Below, piece by piece: positions 28,460 through 32,000 of a stretch of 32,000 bases of DNA. The translations under genes were made by a program, and so were the position numbers. The notes beneath the pieces are model-generated. The model was not told where the DNA came from. It did not search any database and saw only the letters and a program-made list of their open reading frames with translations. The stretch spans positions 260,281 through 292,280 of the forward strand of contig NZ_CP072524.1 of the NCBI RefSeq assembly GCF_017753665.1. The letters run 5' to 3'. Positions within the stretch are counted from its first letter, which is position 1. Each line of letters starts with the position of its first letter. Origin of the DNA: Neisseria sicca (GTDB lineage: Bacteria > Pseudomonadota > Gammaproteobacteria > Burkholderiales > Neisseriaceae).

Positions 28460-28760
28460 TCCCGTTATTCCTGCAAAACGTTATTTCTCGCTGGACGAAA
28501 TGTGCGAACTGGTGCAAATCAGCCCGTCACAATTTGCCCAGTGGCAACATGAGAACGGTATCGTTGTCGGTTACGGCGGCGATCGTTACACCCGTTCCGA
28601 TGTGGTGAAACTGTTGAAGCTGAAAGATACCTTTGCGCCTTATGTCGACCGCTTCAGCCGTGATTCTTTGGATGCAAACGGTCATCCTGCTGCAAAGGCG
28701 GAAGAAGTTAAAGCCGGGTTAAATTCTATATTGGCAGATTTACAAAAAGCACTTGCTTAA
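28443..28760 (+). CDS. MerR-like HTH protein downstream of ihfA
   Basis: 105 aa from the ATG at 28443, overlapping the ihfA end by 17 nt. [28 protein letters not shown] resembles a MerR-type HTH. A conserved small MerR-family gene follows ihfA in several proteobacteria. Confidence 0.65.
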   Translation: MTNNANPVIPAKRYFSLDEMCELVQISPSQFAQWQHENGIVVGYGGDRYTRSDVVKLLKLKDTFAPYVDRFSRDSLDANGHPAAKAEEVKAGLNSILADLQKALA

Positions 28761-28773
28761 TTTATTAGATAAA

Positions 28774-28813
28774 CAGCCGCTTCCTTATCTAAGGGAAGCG
28801 GCTGTTTGTTTTT
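28774..28813 (+). terminator. Rho-independent terminator after the ihfA operon
   Basis: CAGCCGCTTCC (28774-84) / GGAAGCGGCTG (28794-804), followed by TTTGTTTTT. Confidence 0.88.
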
Positions 28814-29109
28814 ATGGATTTTGGGGCTTGCTATGTATTAGAAAATATTTACCTAGTTTATAAGCATCCTTAATAAATATGATAGGTACCTGTTTTTAAA
28901 TGATGTATTGATGCTGCTTGTATTGAATTGAACCATTTTTCGAAGTTATTGTCTTTTATATCAACAGCCTGCACGGATATTGTGTTTAACAATCCATGCT
29001 ATGAAAGTTATAATGATACAAACACAATGATGTGTCGTCGGAATACTTCAATCTGCACATTTAATCTAAGGAGCGATATTATTGGCTCCAGTTTCCGGAT
29101 AATCTGACA

Positions 29110-29847
29110 ATGATTCAATATTGGCAAAAAAGTTTGGCTGCCGTACTGCTTTTAGGCGTATTTTCTCAAACATGGGCGCAATCCCATTCTGTTTATTTTA
29201 ATCAACATGGCAAAATTACAGCAACGATGTCATCGGTTGCATATGTCCGACAATATACGGTTCAATCAGGTATTGCCAAGGCGCAGGATTTTTATTACCC
29301 GTCCATGAAGAAATATTCTGATCCGTATGAAGTTCCTGCAGAGCAAATTAAAGTGTTTGTTCCTGTGTTAGATAATGGGGCGTTGACGCTTTGGCATTTT
29401 AACGGACAGAAAAAAATGGTAGGGACTTATAGAAACAGCAAGCCGAACGGTGAATGGACAAACTGGTATCCGAACGGTAAGAAATCTGCTGTGATGCCTT
29501 ATCAAAACGGTTTGAGCGAAGGAACCGGTTCGCGATATTACCGTAATGGGGTGAAGGAAAGCGAGATCCAGTTCAAACACGACAAAGCCAACGGTTATTG
29601 GAAGCAATGGTATCCGGACGGCAGTCCGAAGATGGAAATGAATATGGTCAACGATAAACCGACTGAGATTTTGAGTTGGGACGAAAATGGTCGTATTTTA
29701 TCGGAAATCAGCATTTCTAATGGTCGTCGTAATGGTATTGTTTTGGAATGGTACGAAGATGGGGCCAAAAAGTCAGAATCGGTTTATTCCAACGATCAGC
29801 TGGTGAAGAAAACGCATTGGGATAAAGAAGGTTATGTTGTTGAATAA
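29110..29847 (+). CDS. Exported MORN-repeat-variant protein (YwqK-like family)
   Basis: Signal peptide MIQYWQKSLAAVLLLGVFSQTWA/Q. Repeated G.W..WY.NG.K motifs (GEWTNWYPNGKK, GYWKQWYPDGSP, GIVLEWYEDGAKK) are typical of MORN-variant/YwqK proteins. AT-rich. Confidence 0.75.
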   Translation: MIQYWQKSLAAVLLLGVFSQTWAQSHSVYFNQHGKITATMSSVAYVRQYTVQSGIAKAQDFYYPSMKKYSDPYEVPAEQIKVFVPVLDNGALTLWHFNGQKKMVGTYRNSKPNGEWTNWYPNGKKSAVMPYQNGLSEGTGSRYYRNGVKESEIQFKHDKANGYWKQWYPDGSPKMEMNMVNDKPTEILSWDENGRILSEISISNGRRNGIVLEWYEDGAKKSESVYSNDQLVKKTHWDKEGYVVE

Positions 29848-29960
29848 CCGTTAAAATACATGAAAAAGAAGTACAGGTAAGGTTTAATGCCTTATCCGTA
29901 TTTCTTTTTTATGAAAAGGTATTTGGAGGGAACTTGCGATATTTTTAAAATAGTGTATAA

Positions 29961-29975
29961 TGTTATATTATAACA
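29961..29975. promoter_or_regulatory. Zur box (TGTTATATTATAACA) overlapping the rpmE2 promoter
   Basis: Perfect palindrome TGTTATA-T-TATAACA abutting a TATAAT at 29956-61, 24 nt upstream of the L31 type B start. It fits the Neisseria Zur consensus TGTTAT-N3-ATAACA. Confidence 0.8.
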
Positions 29976-29998
29976 TATTAATTATGGAGTATTGATTG

Positions 29999-30274
29999 AT
30001 GAAACCGAATATTCATCCTGATAATTACCGTACTGTTTTATTTTTCGACAGCGGTGCAAATGAAGGCTGGCTTATCCGCTCTTGTGCGGAGACGCATGGT
30101 AAGACGATGGTTTGGAAAGATGGAAAAGAATACCCGCTTTTCGCGCTGGATACGTCGTCTGCATCTCATCCTGTGTACACCGGCAGACAGCGAAACGTTA
30201 ACACTGAAGGGCGTGCGAGCAAGTTCAATCAGCGTTTCCAATCGATGATGTCTTCATTTAGAAAGGACAAATAA
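29999..30274 (+). CDS. rpmE2: 50S ribosomal protein L31 type B (zinc-independent paralogue)
   Basis: [29 protein letters not shown]...HPVYTG, an L31 lacking the CxxC zinc motif, with a C-terminal extension typical of type B. GGAG at 29986-89. Confidence 0.92.
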   Translation: MKPNIHPDNYRTVLFFDSGANEGWLIRSCAETHGKTMVWKDGKEYPLFALDTSSASHPVYTGRQRNVNTEGRASKFNQRFQSMMSSFRKDK

Positions 30275-30399
30275 TGCAAGTTTTATCTTCACTGAAAACA
30301 GCGAAAAAACGCCACCGCGACTGTCAAATCGTCCGCAGGAAGGGTAAGGTTTACGTTATTTGTAAGAGTAACCCGCGCTTTAAGGCACGTCAGCGTTAA
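30274..30399 (+). CDS. rpmJ2: 50S ribosomal protein L36 paralogue (type B); absent from the ORF track
   Basis: ATG overlaps the rpmE2 stop (TAATG). Translation is [41 protein letters not shown], which is L36-like with a partly degenerate Zn-ribbon. Confidence 0.88.
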   Translation: MQVLSSLKTAKKRHRDCQIVRRKGKVYVICKSNPRFKARQR

Positions 30400-30418
30400 A
30401 TACCGGTTGGATCGACTG

Positions 30419-30448
30419 TCCGCACCTGAAAATGGTGCGGATTTTTTT
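30419..30448 (+). terminator. Rho-independent terminator after rpmJ2
   Basis: TCCGCACC (30419-26) / GGTGCGGA (30434-41), followed by T7. Confidence 0.88.
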
Positions 30449-30620
30449 GGTAATCATGTAAACTCATGTTGGTTAATATCATTAAAAATATCTTTTTTGC
30501 CTGCAAACAACCGGTTTTAGGAATATCGGGTAAATTAGCGTAATCCCGCTTGTTTGGAGGTGGAGATGTTTATAACATGGCAGCGCATTTAGCAGACAAA
30601 TTCCTATTTAGGAGATATTT

Positions 30621-31085
30621 ATGAAATCAAAAGTATTACTGGCTGTTGCCGCCGCATTATCCCTTGGTGCCTGTGTCGCACCCGACATGGATTATGATTT
30701 CGAACGTGGTTCCCGTCACGAGCATCGCCATGAACACCGTTACGACAATCGTGATGATAATTACGATCGTAACGAGATGCGCCGTGAAGAGCGTCGTTAT
30801 GAAGAAAACCGTCGCACATCAGAGTCCCGCCGTTTGCGCACTTTCTCTTGTGAGAACGGATTGTCTGTTGATGTCCGCAACTTGAATAACGATCAGTTGG
30901 AATTGCGCCTTGACGACAAGCGCGCTGTATTGTCATCCGATGTTTCCGGTTCCGGCTCGCGCTACACTTCCAACCGCGGCCTGTTCGGCAAAGGTGCGGA
31001 ATGGCATGAGAAAAACGGCGAAGCATCCTTCAGCTTTACCGATCCGTACGGCAACCGTGTAGAAACTTCTTGCAGCGTGCGCTAA
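30621..31085 (+). CDS. Lipoprotein with a C-terminal MliC-type (lysozyme-inhibitor fold) domain and a His/Arg/Glu/Asp-rich linker
   Basis: Lipobox LSLGAC after MKSKVLLAVAAA. Residues about 25-70 are low-complexity charged (RHEHRHEHRYDNRDDNYDRNEMRREERRYEENRR). The C-terminal C....V.V......L.L......SGSGSRYTS.....KG.EA.F......C pattern resembles MliC. Confidence 0.7.
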   Translation: MKSKVLLAVAAALSLGACVAPDMDYDFERGSRHEHRHEHRYDNRDDNYDRNEMRREERRYEENRRTSESRRLRTFSCENGLSVDVRNLNNDQLELRLDDKRAVLSSDVSGSGSRYTSNRGLFGKGAEWHEKNGEASFSFTDPYGNRVETSCSVR

Positions 31086-31101
31086 ATCCCAAATATCCTG
31101 T

Positions 31102-31139
31102 TAAAGGTCGTCTGAAAATATTTTCAGACGACCTTTTTT
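31102..31139. terminator. DUS-pair terminator after the MliC-like gene
   Basis: AGGTCGTCTGAA (31105-16) and TTCAGACGACCT (31123-34), followed by a T run. Confidence 0.85.
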
Positions 31140-31278
31140 CTATTTGGTGCAGTGTGCCCCTACATTACAGGTAATCTTTTGGATATAACGAAATCATCTT
31201 TAAATCGAACAAACCATTCTTTCCCATTTTCAGACGACCTGATTAAAGTAGCTCCAAACTGAGAATAAGGAGCACCCT

Positions 31279-32000
31279 ATGACTACCACCGCCGACCCGC
31301 GCGCCAAACTGCCCGACACCCCGCTTTCCGGCAACGAAGCCCTGAAAGACCGCAGCGACTATCTGCACGGTACCATCAAAGACGATTTGACCGACGACTT
31401 TACCGGCGGCTTTACCGCCGACAATTTCCAGCTTATCCGTTTCCACGGCATGTACGAGCAGGACAACCGCGACATCCGTGCCGAGCGTACCGACCAAAAA
31501 CTCGAACCCTTAAAAAACATGATGTTGCGCTGTCGCTTGCCCGGCGGCATCATCACGCCGGCGCAGTGGCTGGGCATAGACGAATTTGCCGGCGACCACA
31601 CCATTTACGGTTCCATCCGCCTGACCAACCGCCAAACCTTCCAATACCACGGTATTTTAAAAACCGATTTGAAACTGGCGCACCAGTCCCTGCACAAACT
31701 CGGCCTCGATTCCATCGCCACCGCCAGCGACGTCAACCGCAACGTACTCTGCACCAGCAATCCCGTTCAAAGCCCGCTGCACCAAGAAGCCTACGAATGG
31801 GCGAAACGCATCAGTATGCACCTTCTGCCGCGCACCATGGCTTACGCCGATGTCTGGCTGGACGGTGAAAAAGTGTTCACCACCGAACCGACCGAGCCGC
31901 GCAACAAAGAAATTGCCGACGACGTCGAACCGATTTTGGGCAAAACCTACCTGCCGCGCAAATTCAAAACCGCCGTCGTCATCCCGCCCGACAACGATGT
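31279..32000 (+). CDS. cysI: Sulfite reductase (NADPH) haemoprotein beta subunit, 5' part; runs off the window and is absent from the ORF track
   Basis: AAGGAG at 31267-72, then ATG at 31279. Translation [33 protein letters not shown]...[21 protein letters not shown]...[32 protein letters not shown] matches CysI N-terminal blocks. The frame is open to base 32000. Confidence 0.9.
   Translation, partial: MTTTADPRAKLPDTPLSGNEALKDRSDYLHGTIKDDLTDDFTGGFTADNFQLIRFHGMYEQDNRDIRAERTDQKLEPLKNMMLRCRLPGGIITPAQWLGIDEFAGDHTIYGSIRLTNRQTFQYHGILKTDLKLAHQSLHKLGLDSIATASDVNRNVLCTSNPVQSPLHQEAYEWAKRISMHLLPRTMAYADVWLDGEKVFTTEPTEPRNKEIADDVEPILGKTYLPRKFKTAVVIPPDND

Noticed and set aside
30566-30592. 8-codon mini-ORF (MFITWQRI*) after GGAGGTGGAG upstream of the MliC-like gene
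   Set aside because: It could be a leader peptide, but it is too short, it lacks conservation evidence, and the SD spacing is marginal.

Overview
This is a chromosomal segment from a Neisseriaceae genome. The DNA uptake sequence dialect AGGTCGTCTGAA (AG-mucDUS) occurs about 35 times by eye, mostly as inverted pairs acting as intergenic terminators, which points to the Neisseria mucosa/sicca group. The backbone is housekeeping: gcvP, a U32 peptidase (yegQ-like), selO, mutY, cstA-ybdD, prmB, a c-type cytochrome, hemH, tgt, tRNA-Val, thrS-infC-rpmI-rplT-pheS...pheT-ihfA, rpmE2-rpmJ2 and the cysI 5' part. Several AT-rich, DUS-free accessory patches interrupt it. (1) At 1-2000 lies a translationally coupled two-gene cassette encoding an ABC/AAA_21-type ATPase and a small PIN-like protein; this is the best candidate for an undescribed defence or abortive-infection system and may continue upstream of the window. 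(2) An IS110-family element truncates a Zn-alcohol-dehydrogenase gene and has a structured 5' leader that could encode a bridge RNA. (3) A 1.8 kb cargo island (azoR-like, VOC, membrane protein) splits pheS from pheT and carries DUS-like motifs of foreign dialects. (4) An islet carries an exported MORN/YwqK-like protein, followed by a Zur-box-controlled rpmE2-rpmJ2 pair and an MliC-type lipoprotein with a His/Arg/Glu-rich linker. Three real genes are missing from the ORF track: a 52-aa DUF1328 protein, the 41-aa L36 paralogue and the open-ended cysI. All functional calls rest on recognising motifs and families by eye; no searches were run.
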